Positions 1 through 11,074 of a stretch of 64,000 nt of DNA are shown here, piece by piece. Origin of the DNA: an uncultured virus (IMG/VR IMGVR_UViG_3300027917_000036) (taxonomy: Duplodnaviria > Heunggongvirae > Uroviricota > Caudoviricetes). The stretch lies in IMG/VR virus record IMGVR_UViG_3300027917_000036; one strand, 5' to 3'. A program made the position numbers and the translations under genes. The stretch's first letter is position 1. Each line of letters begins with the position of its first letter. Below the pieces are notes generated by a model. That model made no database searches and had not been told where the DNA came from. It was given only the letters and a program-made list of their open reading frames with translations.

Positions 1-1
1 G

Positions 2-1351
2 ATTGGCAAGAATGCTGAAGCATCCCGTAAAAAAGCAGAAGAAGCAGCCAATCGGTTGCAACGACCTGTTGCTGTTGCTGCAAAACCTACAGCATCTCCG
101 GCTGCTCTCGCACAGTCTGAATATGTTAAATTAGTAGAGAATACAAAAACTCTTCTCACGGAATTAGATATTCTATTCCAAAATCATGGTATCAGTGTTC
201 AAGAGTATTATGATAAGCGGATCATGTACGCCAATAAGACTTTTGAAGCCGAAAAAGCAATCCTTGAAAAGCAGGCAGGCGAAGAAGAGAATCTTGATAA
301 GAGGCAAAAGATTCTTGATAAGATTTATCAAATAACGGAGAATCATCAACGTGATCTATTACAGCTGGGAGAAGATAGGCGTAAAGCCGAGCTTGAAGCT
401 GAAGAAAGGCAATCTGCAGCATTAGCAATTATCACTGAGGCAAGAAAAAGAATAGCCTTCACTTCTGCGACTGATTATACAAATCTATTTAGACAGCAAC
501 AATTAGAACTGCAAACAAGACAGCAACAAGAATTGGAAAATTTAAAGAAGCATACAAGTGAAAAAGAAAAAATCGAGGAACTGTCAAACATTCATCGTTT
601 GGAACAAGAAAAACAACTTGCTGATCAGCGTATGCAGATTCAAGACATTGTACTTAATAACATGAAGTCATCTCTTAGTTTTATGGAATCTGCGTTTGGT
701 GATGCTTACGAAGCAAGTGGTAAAAAGATCAAAGAATTCGCCATCGCTCAGAAAGGAATAGCAATAGTACAAACCATGATTTCGACTTATCAGGCTGCCC
801 AAGATGCCTATAGGTCTTTAGTTGGAATACCTTACGTTGGACCAGCACTTGCTGTGGCTGCTGCAGCTGCTGCAATAGCAGCAGGTCTGGCAAGAGTGGC
901 GGTTATCAAGTCTCAGTCGTTCGCTCTTGGTGGTAAAGTTGAAGGCTTTTCACCATCACCAACATCTGATAACATTGTTGCGCGCCTAACTGCTGGTGAA
1001 TATGTGCAACCAGTTGCTGCAGTAAAGAAATATGGTTCCGCGTTTATGGATTCTGTCAGATCGCTTACATTTCCGAAGAACGCAGCCGATGCAATAGTTT
1101 CCCAAATGAAAGTTCCTAATATTCCTGGAAGAGCTTTGGGCGGTTTGGCTTTCGCCGAGGGAGGTGCTGTAGGCAAAGGCCCAGAAGGGATGCCTTCTTC
1201 TGGTGGGCAACCTCAGGAAATTGCAATAGTGAATCTAATGGATCCTAATCTGCTTGATCAATATGTAGGCAGTACTCATGGAAGAAATGTTATGTTTAAC
1301 TTTATGTCACAAAACTCTTATCAAATAAAACAAAGATTGGCAATGGGGTAA
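2..1351 (+). CDS. Tail tape measure protein, C-terminal part (frame open from the window start)
   Basis: Coiled-coil Q/E/K-rich region, AIPYVGPALA-type hydrophobic segment, and FAxGG / LTAGEYV motifs typical of tape-measure C-termini; precedes tail tip genes. Confidence 0.85.
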   Translation: MGKNAEASRKKAEEAANRLQRPVAVAAKPTASPAALAQSEYVKLVENTKTLLTELDILFQNHGISVQEYYDKRIMYANKTFEAEKAILEKQAGEEENLDKRQKILDKIYQITENHQRDLLQLGEDRRKAELEAEERQSAALAIITEARKRIAFTSATDYTNLFRQQQLELQTRQQQELENLKKHTSEKEKIEELSNIHRLEQEKQLADQRMQIQDIVLNNMKSSLSFMESAFGDAYEASGKKIKEFAIAQKGIAIVQTMISTYQAAQDAYRSLVGIPYVGPALAVAAAAAAIAAGLARVAVIKSQSFALGGKVEGFSPSPTSDNIVARLTAGEYVQPVAAVKKYGSAFMDSVRSLTFPKNAADAIVSQMKVPNIPGRALGGLAFAEGGAVGKGPEGMPSSGGQPQEIAIVNLMDPNLLDQYVGSTHGRNVMFNFMSQNSYQIKQRLAMG

Positions 1352-1354
1352 ATC

Positions 1355-2650
1355 ATGGGATATTATGCTACAGGAAGTGTTTCAGGTTTTAACGGTGCCA
1401 GTGGGCTGTTACAGACCATCCTTGGATTAATATGCGGTACTGAAGTATCAGGCGAAACGCTTAGTGGCTCTGGAACCTCATGGTCAGGGACATTGGCGAA
1501 TTATCCGGTTGGCCTTGGGAGGCTCGTGATTAATTATGCGTTTTCTGCGACAAATTACGAAGCATATGATGACGGAGCTGGGAATATTACTGGCACTAAC
1601 ATCAGTAGCGGTAGCATTACTTATTCTACTGGTGCTTATAGCATCACATTTACAGGTACACCTGATGCTGCACCAGAAGCAGATTATATATACGGAGAAG
1701 AGGGTCAAGATTGGAGACAGGAGGATTATCAGAATACGCAAGATGAGAATCAACAGCAAGCATTTAGCGACTGTAAAGAAGTCGTTCTTTCAAATACTGG
1801 TATATCAGGACAGGAAAGTGTAATAGTTGGTATTAGAGAATGGTACTATGCTGCTTCTAATTATTATAATTGGAATTTTAATTGTTATTCTCAATATACT
1901 TCTGGAAATGGTTGGATGCAAAATGCTATTTCTCATGGATTAGATAACTATGATACGACGACTGAAAATTGGACACAACTTCCAGAATTGCTTCTCAATG
2001 ATGATACTATGTATTATTGGGTCTACAGTAATCGCCAACGAATTTTTCTTGCGGTAAAGGTATCTTCGAATTATCATTGTTGCTATCTTGGTTTTGGTCG
2101 TAGATTTGGAACAGTTTCTGAATACCCAACACCTTGTATAGTGTTTGGTAATGGGTATGGAAACATTGCCTATACTACTACTTCTGAGGTTAATCACTTT
2201 CCAGCCTTCCAATTTGCAAATGATAATTATACAAATTCACTTTGTATCGATCCATCCAATAATTATTTATCATGGATTGGGTCTGCAGATATGGGTATTA
2301 TTACAGTCCCAGGAACCAATTTTGATCTTGATGGAAAAACTTGTGAAGCAACTTTAGGTGGTCGATCTATCTTTGTGCCTGTTTTTATAGTGGCAAATAA
2401 TGGAGGCTTTACACGAAGGACACTGTTCGATTATGATGGTGTGTTCCATATTATTGGAGGCGTTCAGTCTGAAGACCTTGTTAATCTTGGTTCTAATAGA
2501 TATCGTGTTTTCCAAGATGGTTTTAGAACTGAATGGAATGATTTTTTGGCAGTGGAAGAAGGTGCTGCGGTCAGTACTACAACGACAACAACAACTACAA
2601 GCACAACAACCACTACCACAACAACTTCTACAACCACGACTACTACTTAG
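1355..2650 (+). CDS. Virion structural (tail) protein with C-terminal poly-Thr tail
   Basis: Position after the tape measure gene; G/S/T/Y-rich; ends in about 25 Thr/Ser residues. Confidence 0.65.
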   Translation: MGYYATGSVSGFNGASGLLQTILGLICGTEVSGETLSGSGTSWSGTLANYPVGLGRLVINYAFSATNYEAYDDGAGNITGTNISSGSITYSTGAYSITFTGTPDAAPEADYIYGEEGQDWRQEDYQNTQDENQQQAFSDCKEVVLSNTGISGQESVIVGIREWYYAASNYYNWNFNCYSQYTSGNGWMQNAISHGLDNYDTTTENWTQLPELLLNDDTMYYWVYSNRQRIFLAVKVSSNYHCCYLGFGRRFGTVSEYPTPCIVFGNGYGNIAYTTTSEVNHFPAFQFANDNYTNSLCIDPSNNYLSWIGSADMGIITVPGTNFDLDGKTCEATLGGRSIFVPVFIVANNGGFTRRTLFDYDGVFHIIGGVQSEDLVNLGSNRYRVFQDGFRTEWNDFLAVEEGAAVSTTTTTTTTSTTTTTTTTSTTTTTT

Positions 2651-2659
2651 GAGACAGTC

Positions 2660-3646
2660 ATGACTTTGTTAAATTATACACATCATACTAATCCAACTTC
2701 TCACCATGATATTATTTCGAAGTTCCGGACCTTTGCTCTGGCAAGAGGTTGGGCTTCGGATTATTATTATAATAATTCGATTCAGTGGGGAGCTACAGGT
2801 AGTAGTCCTCCATATGGTTGGATATCTGGAAGTGAAAGCCATTTGCAGATGTCGATTACTGGTCCTGGATCTCAGAATATTGTTTTCCGGATGATCGGTG
2901 AACACGAACTATCCGATGCTCAACATGAATATGTATATCTCACTGGTGTGGATCCAGATAATGACACTATGGATGGAAATAGTTCTGCTCAACCAGAAGC
3001 AGCGTCACAAGGTGCTTATAATAGTGGTTATACCAATAAGTTCTCCATGTCACCATCTACTGTTCCTAATTTCTGGATCTTTGGAAATGATGAAGTGTTA
3101 ATCGGAGTAGTAGAGGTACAGACTGGGTTTTGCCATTCATGGATGTTGGGTGTTCCAGAATTCTTTGCTGGCAGTGAAGCAGAAGATTGCATGTTCGCTA
3201 TAGTTTCGCAAACTACTAATGCGGTTGTGAAGTGGTATGATGCATTTAATTCAGATTATGCAATGTTCTATGGGCCATCTGATATGGTAGCTGGAGGTTC
3301 TTCCTATAATACTTTTTGGTGGGAAGATGCGGCAGCAAATACACTTGTGAATACTACTATTCGTATGACAAGCTCACAGGTTCAAGGCCAAGGATATTAT
3401 AACGATATGTCTTATGCTGTTAATTTGAACACTTGGTCTGGTAAACGGCCACTTATCAAACCGACTTTGTATGGGCAGAGTAGAACGAGTGGATTAATTC
3501 GACCAATTGGGAATTTACCAGTTTATTATACTGTCTTTCAAGGTTTGGCTCCAGGTGATACTTTGGATTATGGTTCTGAGACTTATATGTTCTTTCCGCA
3601 TTCTTATTTTTATAGGGAATATGGATGGGCAGTGAGGATTGCTTAA
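2660..3646 (+). CDS. Virion structural (tail) protein
   Basis: Tail operon context; SD GGAG upstream. Confidence 0.55.
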   Translation: MTLLNYTHHTNPTSHHDIISKFRTFALARGWASDYYYNNSIQWGATGSSPPYGWISGSESHLQMSITGPGSQNIVFRMIGEHELSDAQHEYVYLTGVDPDNDTMDGNSSAQPEAASQGAYNSGYTNKFSMSPSTVPNFWIFGNDEVLIGVVEVQTGFCHSWMLGVPEFFAGSEAEDCMFAIVSQTTNAVVKWYDAFNSDYAMFYGPSDMVAGGSSYNTFWWEDAAANTLVNTTIRMTSSQVQGQGYYNDMSYAVNLNTWSGKRPLIKPTLYGQSRTSGLIRPIGNLPVYYTVFQGLAPGDTLDYGSETYMFFPHSYFYREYGWAVRIA

Positions 3647-4747
3647 ATGGCTGTATCTGACGGAGTATTCGCTACTAATACACAGACTTCTCAGCAGGCT
3701 CGTTCTGTTAAGCTGGAAGATACTGAAGATTTGTTTGTTGGGGCAGATAGATCTACTCCAATTACTGTAGGCAATGCACGCCCAATTGATGACATATTAG
3801 TAGGCACTGTTATATTTGAATCTACTGCAATGAACCTAATAGTGCGTAATGGTGCTTGGGATCATAAGTTTGGAGATGAACAATTATTTCACCGCGTGTG
3901 GTTTTCGCCAACAGAAATTGATGCAGGATTTATTGTAGAAGATGTCAATCATACGGTGAGTATTTGGAATGCCAATTTTGACCAGATCGTCACATTAACT
4001 GATATTGATGTTGATTCTGCTGACGGCACAACGTTACAATTTGATACGCCACCTGTTGTAGTAAATAAGTTCTGGGAAAAGATTGGAACTCTTACGGTTA
4101 CTGAAGATGGGCCACCGACGCAGAATACTACTTATACATTTACAGTTTCAAGTATTGAATATGATTTAGTAATAACTGGTATTCGTGTTGTAACGTTGGA
4201 GAAAAGCCCGGAATGGACCGATGGTGTCCGTTTCGAAATGGTATTCGAAACGGCCTTAACAGAAAATCGTTGGGCATATGAACAGCGTAGACCGTTGAGG
4301 CCAGATGCATTTCGAAAGACCACTGTAAAATATGTTGGCCAAGGGGTGGATGCACAAAGATTACGGCAGAAGATTATGTATGGGCATGATAAGGTGTATG
4401 GTGTTCCCGTATTTCATGAACCAATAGAATTAGCATCTGACCCACAAAGTAGCAGTACTATCACATCTTCAAATACATTGACTTATTATTGGCATCTTAA
4501 TAATCAGTGTAACTATATCGTGTTATATGACTATTCAACATGGACTGCCGAGATTAAGGAAATTAGTTCTGTTGGGTCAACATCTATTGTATTAGTTAAT
4601 GTAGTGGCAGATTCTTTTGATCCGTTGGTTTCTATAGCATATCCTGTATATATGGGCACAATGGAACAGGCTCGTGTTGTGCAGGAAACTCATGACATCA
4701 TGGCTGTAAGCGTTGAATATAAAGAGTTCTTAATAGGGGATGAATAA
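3647..4747 (+). CDS. Tail assembly / distal tail-like structural protein
   Basis: PEWTDGVR...EQRRPLR motif seen in siphophage tail tip proteins; operon context. Confidence 0.55.
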   Translation: MAVSDGVFATNTQTSQQARSVKLEDTEDLFVGADRSTPITVGNARPIDDILVGTVIFESTAMNLIVRNGAWDHKFGDEQLFHRVWFSPTEIDAGFIVEDVNHTVSIWNANFDQIVTLTDIDVDSADGTTLQFDTPPVVVNKFWEKIGTLTVTEDGPPTQNTTYTFTVSSIEYDLVITGIRVVTLEKSPEWTDGVRFEMVFETALTENRWAYEQRRPLRPDAFRKTTVKYVGQGVDAQRLRQKIMYGHDKVYGVPVFHEPIELASDPQSSSTITSSNTLTYYWHLNNQCNYIVLYDYSTWTAEIKEISSVGSTSIVLVNVVADSFDPLVSIAYPVYMGTMEQARVVQETHDIMAVSVEYKEFLIGDE

Positions 4748-5370
4748 TGGCTGATAGTTTGGCAGATCTTGGTGGCTATGATCTGTTTCCTTTGGAACCA
4801 GATTGGTCTACAAGGCCAACCAATAATTATCGTCTTATGAAAGATTTGTTGAAGTATCCTGGAACAGCAATGTCCCTGAATTCTTTTATTGACTATGTTC
4901 CTCTTTCTTATGAATTAGGTTTTACATTTTCAGAGGAACAGGACATGTACAATATGGCAGATTTCTTTCATGAGAAGAGAGGTCGTGTTCATGCGTTTTG
5001 GTTCAAGGCACCGCATAGAGAGATGACATTATATCAGGGAGCTCTATCTGGTGCTACTTCTCTATATATGGAGCGGAATTTTGCCCATCTTCAATATCAG
5101 GGGCATGAGCGTATTTATATTGACATGAAATCTGAAGATCTTTTAACACGTAAAGTATTGTCTGTTACGGACGATGAAACAAATAATCGTATGTCTGTAG
5201 CAGTGAACACTTCAATCGATCGTGATTTGACTTTAACTAATCATTGGTCTATTGGAAAACTAATTTTTGCAAGATTTAGCGAGGATTCTTTAATCTGGCA
5301 ATTTAAAGCTGCTAAATTGGCGCAGTTAAGTTTTACAGTAACAGAATTGGTGCAGGAGTATCCGTCATGA
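4747..5370 (+). CDS. Distal tail-like protein
   Basis: PDWS and FFHEKRGRVHAFW motifs; adjacent to the BR0599-like gene. Confidence 0.5.
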   Translation: MADSLADLGGYDLFPLEPDWSTRPTNNYRLMKDLLKYPGTAMSLNSFIDYVPLSYELGFTFSEEQDMYNMADFFHEKRGRVHAFWFKAPHREMTLYQGALSGATSLYMERNFAHLQYQGHERIYIDMKSEDLLTRKVLSVTDDETNNRMSVAVNTSIDRDLTLTNHWSIGKLIFARFSEDSLIWQFKAAKLAQLSFTVTELVQEYPS

Positions 5371-6167
5371 CATTGAGTGCAAATTATGCAGCGACTGAAA
5401 TGGAGGGCATGCCTGAATTGTATGAATTTGAATATGGCGGGACGTACGAACGTTATACTTCTTGGCCTAAAGATATACAGTTTCAGGGGCAAACTTTTTC
5501 TTCTCGACCTATACAACGTGGTGGGATTCGGGCTGATCAAGAGTTTAGCGATGCAACTGTTACAATAACAGCACCTGTCGTGAGTGGGTTTGAGAGATAT
5601 GTTCAGGATGAACCTATAGAACCAACTAATGTAATAATCTATCATGCTTTGGAAAGCGATCTGACTGATTTTGCCGTATTGTTTAATGGTCGTGTTATCA
5701 GTGTTACTTTTCAAAATGCACAAGTGGTACAAGCAAAATGTGAATCTCGTGCTAATATTTTAAGTCTTGAATGGCCAAGGGTTACGGTTCAAAGTTATTG
5801 CAATAAAACTATTTATAATGATGAATGTGGTGTTGACGATAGCCTTTATAGGGTTTCGGGAAGTGTTACGGCAATATCTGGAGCCACATATACCGTGAGT
5901 GGATTAAATAGTTTTTCTAATGGATATTTTACAGCTGGATTTGTTGCTTATTTAACGGATAACAGGCTTATCACTAATCATGTTGGGAATGATATTGACT
6001 TGCAGTTGCAGTTCGATAGTCGTGTTGTGGTCGGTACCACTGTAGATGTTTATCCAGGATGCCGTAATAGTCCGGCATTATGTACAACTCGTTTTAATAA
6101 CTTTGATAATTTTCTTGGAATGCCTTATGTCCCAAGTTCTAATCCTGTAATATGGGGTGTGAAGTGA
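5367..6167 (+). CDS. Baseplate hub / tail tip protein, BR0599 (DUF2163)-like
   Basis: C-terminal PGC...C..RFNN..NFLGMPYVP..NP signature with conserved Cys residues. Confidence 0.85.
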   Translation: MTLSANYAATEMEGMPELYEFEYGGTYERYTSWPKDIQFQGQTFSSRPIQRGGIRADQEFSDATVTITAPVVSGFERYVQDEPIEPTNVIIYHALESDLTDFAVLFNGRVISVTFQNAQVVQAKCESRANILSLEWPRVTVQSYCNKTIYNDECGVDDSLYRVSGSVTAISGATYTVSGLNSFSNGYFTAGFVAYLTDNRLITNHVGNDIDLQLQFDSRVVVGTTVDVYPGCRNSPALCTTRFNNFDNFLGMPYVPSSNPVIWGVK

Positions 6168-6655
6168 ATCATGCGTTTGCCGATGATAGCTTGTGGGAAA
6201 AGACTGTACAAGTTTCGCGGTCTTGGATCGGTACTCCTTACCGTCATATGTTTGCCGCGAGGGGTAGAGGTGCTGATTGTACGATGTTCCTTGCAAAAAT
6301 CTTTGAAAGTGTCGGCATCCTCAAAATGCCAAAAATTGAATACTATCCCAAGGATTGGTTTATACATACGGATCAGGAAATCGTCTTGGAAGGTCTTGCT
6401 TCAGCGATAAAGCATTCTATTACGAATGGTTTCTATGCTGAAATGTTCAGGTTTGAAGGGCAGGAATTTTTACGTGGTGATTTGTTATGTTTTGCTTTGA
6501 ACAAAAATGGTATAACTAATCATGCCGGTATGTGGTTGGAAGATAGTCGTATCATTCATAGCATCAATAATCGTGGAGTTTCGATTCTTACTTATCGGCC
6601 GGCACTTTGGAATCATCGTTTGACCAATATTTTTCGTGTCTATAAAGGCGAATAG
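6152..6655 (+). CDS. NlpC/P60 tail-associated peptidase
   Basis: WIGTPYRH...GADC and HAG...IIHS catalytic Cys/His motifs; start may be a few codons later. Confidence 0.9.
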   Translation: MGCEVNHAFADDSLWEKTVQVSRSWIGTPYRHMFAARGRGADCTMFLAKIFESVGILKMPKIEYYPKDWFIHTDQEIVLEGLASAIKHSITNGFYAEMFRFEGQEFLRGDLLCFALNKNGITNHAGMWLEDSRIIHSINNRGVSILTYRPALWNHRLTNIFRVYKGE

Positions 6656-6658
6656 TTT

Positions 6659-8989
6659 ATGGGTATTGAAGCAGCAATAATAATTGGTGTAGCGATTGTC
6701 GTTGGCACATTGGCTGTTATATTTCTTGTGCCTTCTGCTTCTCAAGATGCTATGCATGCTGAAGAGAAGTTGAATATTACAATGGCCAAGGAAGGAACAG
6801 TTGTACCCGTCATTTATGGAACTGTTCGTTTGCCTGGTAATATTGTTTGGTGGGACAATATGCTTTCTGTAGAAATTTATGCAGAAGGAGGCAAGGGTGG
6901 TGGTGATTCGCAAGTCGCTGGATATCGATATTATATTGATATGTGGCAAGTTATTTGCATGGGCAAGGTTGAATTTGTTAAGGCGTATAAAAACGATAAA
7001 GAATATCAACTTGGTACTGGAGATTTTGAGGATGAATATGCAGCATTATTATCAGCTCTGCTTAAGAGTCCTTACAGACTTGAAATGACGGCTGACTGGA
7101 ATGATGGGACCGAGGATACTTATCCAGATTGGGAAGATGCCCCTTCTCCTTATGCTAATAGGATTCCAGGTGTTGCACATATGTGGTTTCAGAGATTTGA
7201 TCTTGGAGAGAATAATACATATGTTCCAACTATACATTATGTAATGAAGAGAGACTTAACAGGATGCCCCATTGGGAATCATACTTTGACATATGGAAAT
7301 AATCCTGCTGCTATCATAGCAGATATGTTATTAAGTGCTGGGGAATTAACATCTTCATTTGATATTGATATGTTCAATGATGCAGCGACTTATTGGTATA
7401 ACAAGGATTATGGTTTGAATATAAGTTTCAATGCGAAGGGAAAGGTAAGAGATCAAATAGCACGTGTCTTATCATATGTTGGTGGTGCTTACGGCAGAAC
7501 GAATGACGATAAACATTATGTGAAAGCGTTTGACCCTAATGACTCAAGCGTAGCCACTTTAAATAAAGAGGACTTTATAGACTTTAATATTACACGTAGA
7601 AACTGGTATGATACTTATAATGATTATAAGGCAACGTTTCTGGATCGCACAAAGGATTATACAGAGCGGACTATAGGTGCCACGAACGTTGCTAATCAAC
7701 GGCTACAAGGACGCTCTAAGCCAATGAGCATTGATTTAAAGGGGTTCATTGATATAACAGCAGCCAGCAAAAGGCTCTGGGAAATCATGAAAACTGAAAG
7801 TTATCCTTATGCTACTCTGGATTTTCGCACAAATATGTCGTTCTTTGAGGTGCTTGTAGGTCAGGTTATTACTATCAACCATAGCGAATATGGTATTTCA
7901 AGTAAGAGGTATCGCATTATATCGAAGGAAGTATCAGATTCAAAAACTAATGAATTGCGATTTAATGCTATACAGATGGTTGAGGATATTATTGATGATA
8001 ACTATATTGAAGGTGGCGATCCATTATGGACACGTCCGGTAGTAGAGCCAGAGGCATTAGTTAAACAGCAATTGTTTGAATTACCATATCATCCTGATTA
8101 TGGGCATGCGCGTGCCTACTTATGCTTATGTGCTCGAGAAAATAGTTTTGAAACTGGATGGAGAACTTTTGTTTCTACAACAGGAACGGATTATCAGAAT
8201 TATGGTGTATTCCAAGGGTGGTCACAGAACGGGACTCTGGATGAAACTTATGTAGCGACGACTAATGAAATTGATGATGATATAGGTATATTATATACAC
8301 CGTATCGTGATGATCCTTTTGTTGATTCGATAGGTCGAGCTGATTTGTTTGCCCTGGAAAGGTACGCTATTATTGGCGATGAGATTATGAAGTTTCAAAC
8401 TGTTACACCAGTAGGCAGTAATTCTTATCGTCTCACTGGGGTTGTTAGAGGTTTGTTCAATACTGATATTGTCCAGCATAATAGTGGCGCCACTATATGG
8501 CTCACGTATCCGCGTCCTGGCAACATCCTAACTGGCGTAGGTGCTGACGATTTCTATGTGAAGTTTGCACCATTTTATGGTGATAACATAATCGATTTAT
8601 CAGATGCTTCAGCTATTCACTTTACTTCGGCAAGTATTGAAGATAAGGCATCAACGCCATGGCCACCTTGTGCTATTAAAGCCACACGTTCGGGTTCCAG
8701 TGTTAGTCTGGAATGGTGGCCAACTAATCAGGATAATCCTGGCGCTGGTATTGTTGCTGCAAGTTCGCAGACAACAACTGTTCCAATGCTATACGATCAG
8801 GATTTTGAAGCTTATAATAGTATTGATGGGATTGGTGCTGTAGCCGTGGTTGACGGCACAACAGACAACTATAATACAGCATCTGGATTTACCTATTATG
8901 TTAGGGCACGTTGGAATGGTCGCGTTTCAGATTGGGTGTCCGTTGTTGTTGGTACGGGCGATGGTGATTATATAGGACCGGTGATTTAA
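6659..8989 (+). CDS. Central tail fibre / tail tip protein (gpJ/GTA-like)
   Basis: VPVIYGTVRLPGNIVW N-terminus, NPAAII motif, EIMKF...LTGVVRGLFNT...H motif. Confidence 0.85.
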   Translation: MGIEAAIIIGVAIVVGTLAVIFLVPSASQDAMHAEEKLNITMAKEGTVVPVIYGTVRLPGNIVWWDNMLSVEIYAEGGKGGGDSQVAGYRYYIDMWQVICMGKVEFVKAYKNDKEYQLGTGDFEDEYAALLSALLKSPYRLEMTADWNDGTEDTYPDWEDAPSPYANRIPGVAHMWFQRFDLGENNTYVPTIHYVMKRDLTGCPIGNHTLTYGNNPAAIIADMLLSAGELTSSFDIDMFNDAATYWYNKDYGLNISFNAKGKVRDQIARVLSYVGGAYGRTNDDKHYVKAFDPNDSSVATLNKEDFIDFNITRRNWYDTYNDYKATFLDRTKDYTERTIGATNVANQRLQGRSKPMSIDLKGFIDITAASKRLWEIMKTESYPYATLDFRTNMSFFEVLVGQVITINHSEYGISSKRYRIISKEVSDSKTNELRFNAIQMVEDIIDDNYIEGGDPLWTRPVVEPEALVKQQLFELPYHPDYGHARAYLCLCARENSFETGWRTFVSTTGTDYQNYGVFQGWSQNGTLDETYVATTNEIDDDIGILYTPYRDDPFVDSIGRADLFALERYAIIGDEIMKFQTVTPVGSNSYRLTGVVRGLFNTDIVQHNSGATIWLTYPRPGNILTGVGADDFYVKFAPFYGDNIIDLSDASAIHFTSASIEDKASTPWPPCAIKATRSGSSVSLEWWPTNQDNPGAGIVAASSQTTTVPMLYDQDFEAYNSIDGIGAVAVVDGTTDNYNTASGFTYYVRARWNGRVSDWVSVVVGTGDGDYIGPVI

Positions 8990-10564
8990 ATGCCTATTTT
9001 TAGCACAACAGAACTTGAGAAGTTGACAGAAAACTGTCAAGGATGGCTTGAAATTCAGGAGCGGAACGCGCGGAAATTGAATGATGTTCTGCTTTATATA
9101 GACGGCATGTTGGATACTAATGCCCCAAGTCCAAGCAATAATGATGCCCTTGCTTGGGATCAAGGTACGAGTAAATTTATAAACGTTCCTTGGGGATCTG
9201 TGATTCCAACAACCACAACTACAAGTACTACAACTACCAGTACGACATCAACAACTGTAACATATACTGGAACTACGACCACGACTACTACAACGACTAC
9301 GACCAGTTCATCTACAACGAGCGACTTTGAACAATATGGTTGCGTATGGAATCCGGAAGATAAGTCGTCGAATATTACTTTGAGCAATGGTAATTTAACA
9401 GCCACTTCCACAAGCACTGCTTGGAAATCTGCAAGAGCCACTTATGGCGTTTCTTCTGGAAAGTGGTATTGGGAAGTAACTATTGACAATCAAGTTACAG
9501 CCACCATGGTTGGAGTATTTAAAATCTCTTCTCCGGTGAATAATTTTGTTGGGTATGATGCAAATGGTTTTGGATACAATGGCCAGACAGGTCAGAAGTT
9601 TACAAATGCAGCCGGATCTGCTTACGGAAATACTTACACCACAAATGATGTGATTGGTGTGGCTCTTGATCTGGATAATGGAAAAATATTCTTTTCCAAA
9701 AATGATGTATGGCAAAATTCCGGCGATCCGGCTGCAGGAACAGGTTTTGCGTTCGATACATTGAGTGGTACATACTTCCCTGGAGCAAGTCCTTATGGGA
9801 ACGCAGGTGCAGTAACGGCGAATTTCGGTGGAAGTGATTTTGCTGGAACTATTCCAAGTGGCTTTGCTGGTCTTTGTGGTTCTGGTACAACGACTACTAC
9901 TACAAGCACTACAACGACGACTACTACTACAACCACAACCACAAGTACCACAACGACTGTAGGAGGGGCAGAAGCCTGGAATGGAAGTGATAAGGGTTCT
10001 AATATTACTTTGAATAATGGTGATCGTGATGCCTTGAAAAGTGGTGGTGCAACATGGACTGGTTCTGGTGTTCGTGGGAAAGTTGGAAAATCCAGTGGTA
10101 AGTGGTATTGGGAGTGCATTCCAGTAGTAGATAACGGCGATCACATGGTTGGAGTAGCTAACACATCTGCAAGCCTTGATAACTATGTTGGATCTGATAC
10201 GAATGGATGGGGTAACTACGGGAACGGAACTTACTATTACAATGGTAGTACAAGCGGAAGCAAACCTACTTTTTCACAAGGTGATGTAGTTCAGGTTGCT
10301 CTTGACATGACAGCTGGAAAAGTCTGGTGGGGAGTTAATGGAAGCTGGGAAGGTGGTAGTGGTGACCCTGCTGCTGGTACTGGGGAAGCTTATTCTGGTC
10401 TTTCAGGAACTCTATATCCAATGGCTTCTCTCTATAGAGATACAGATGAGCAGAGAATTATGACGAAGGGTGCAGAGATGACTTATAATGGTCCTAATGG
10501 ATTTAGCACTTTAGATGGGAATAAAACTTATACAACAACAACAACTACAACCACTACGACATAG
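8990..10564 (+). CDS. Tail fibre / receptor-binding protein with two SPRY (B30.2/ConA-like) domains joined by poly-Thr linkers
   Basis: Two copies of WN..DK.SNITL.NG / SGKWYWE / DVIGVALD / GDPAAGTG; three Thr tracts. Confidence 0.75.
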   Translation: MPIFSTTELEKLTENCQGWLEIQERNARKLNDVLLYIDGMLDTNAPSPSNNDALAWDQGTSKFINVPWGSVIPTTTTTSTTTTSTTSTTVTYTGTTTTTTTTTTTSSSTTSDFEQYGCVWNPEDKSSNITLSNGNLTATSTSTAWKSARATYGVSSGKWYWEVTIDNQVTATMVGVFKISSPVNNFVGYDANGFGYNGQTGQKFTNAAGSAYGNTYTTNDVIGVALDLDNGKIFFSKNDVWQNSGDPAAGTGFAFDTLSGTYFPGASPYGNAGAVTANFGGSDFAGTIPSGFAGLCGSGTTTTTTSTTTTTTTTTTTTSTTTTVGGAEAWNGSDKGSNITLNNGDRDALKSGGATWTGSGVRGKVGKSSGKWYWECIPVVDNGDHMVGVANTSASLDNYVGSDTNGWGNYGNGTYYYNGSTSGSKPTFSQGDVVQVALDMTAGKVWWGVNGSWEGGSGDPAAGTGEAYSGLSGTLYPMASLYRDTDEQRIMTKGAEMTYNGPNGFSTLDGNKTYTTTTTTTTTT

Positions 10565-10572
10565 GATTTAAA

Positions 10573-10773
10573 ATGACTATTTTAACTGATACTCAATTAG
10601 AAACTAATACATATGGGTTGCCTGGTTGGGTTAAAATATATAATGCTAATATTGATAAACTGAACAATTTATTAAGATTGGCTGGGCTGATAGATACAAA
10701 GTTTGATAAGTATGAAGATGATGCCGTATTCATGTGGAACGGTTCAAAATGGGTACTTATTAAATACGATTAA
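10573..10773 (+). CDS. Small tail-associated protein
   Basis: Resembles the N-terminus of 8990..10564 (T.LE...GW..I..N..KLN..L). Confidence 0.5.
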   Translation: MTILTDTQLETNTYGLPGWVKIYNANIDKLNNLLRLAGLIDTKFDKYEDDAVFMWNGSKWVLIKYD

Positions 10774-10783
10774 AGGTTTTATT

Positions 10784-11074
10784 ATGACTGTTCAAACATT
10801 ATCACCAAGTGGATTAAAATATAATCAAGACGGCGATACAGACTGGCTTACAGAGAGCGATACATTTAATTGGACCAGATTAAATAGCACGCTACTTAAG
10901 TTATCAGAATTGCTGGATGTTGATGATGCTGGACTGCAAGTCCAGGACGGATTGTGTTATAATAGTTCATCTGGAAAATGGGAACGGAGAGCGTTGCCTT
11001 CAGGTTATCGTGAGTTGACAACGACCACGACTACTACAACGACTACTACTACAACGACTACTACTACAACTTAA
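10784..11074 (+). CDS. Small tail-associated protein with C-terminal poly-Thr
   Basis: Start moved to MTVQ (ATG 10784); LSELLDVD...L.YNSSSGKW repeat; ends in 19 Thr. Confidence 0.55.
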   Translation: MTVQTLSPSGLKYNQDGDTDWLTESDTFNWTRLNSTLLKLSELLDVDDAGLQVQDGLCYNSSSGKWERRALPSGYRELTTTTTTTTTTTTTTTTTT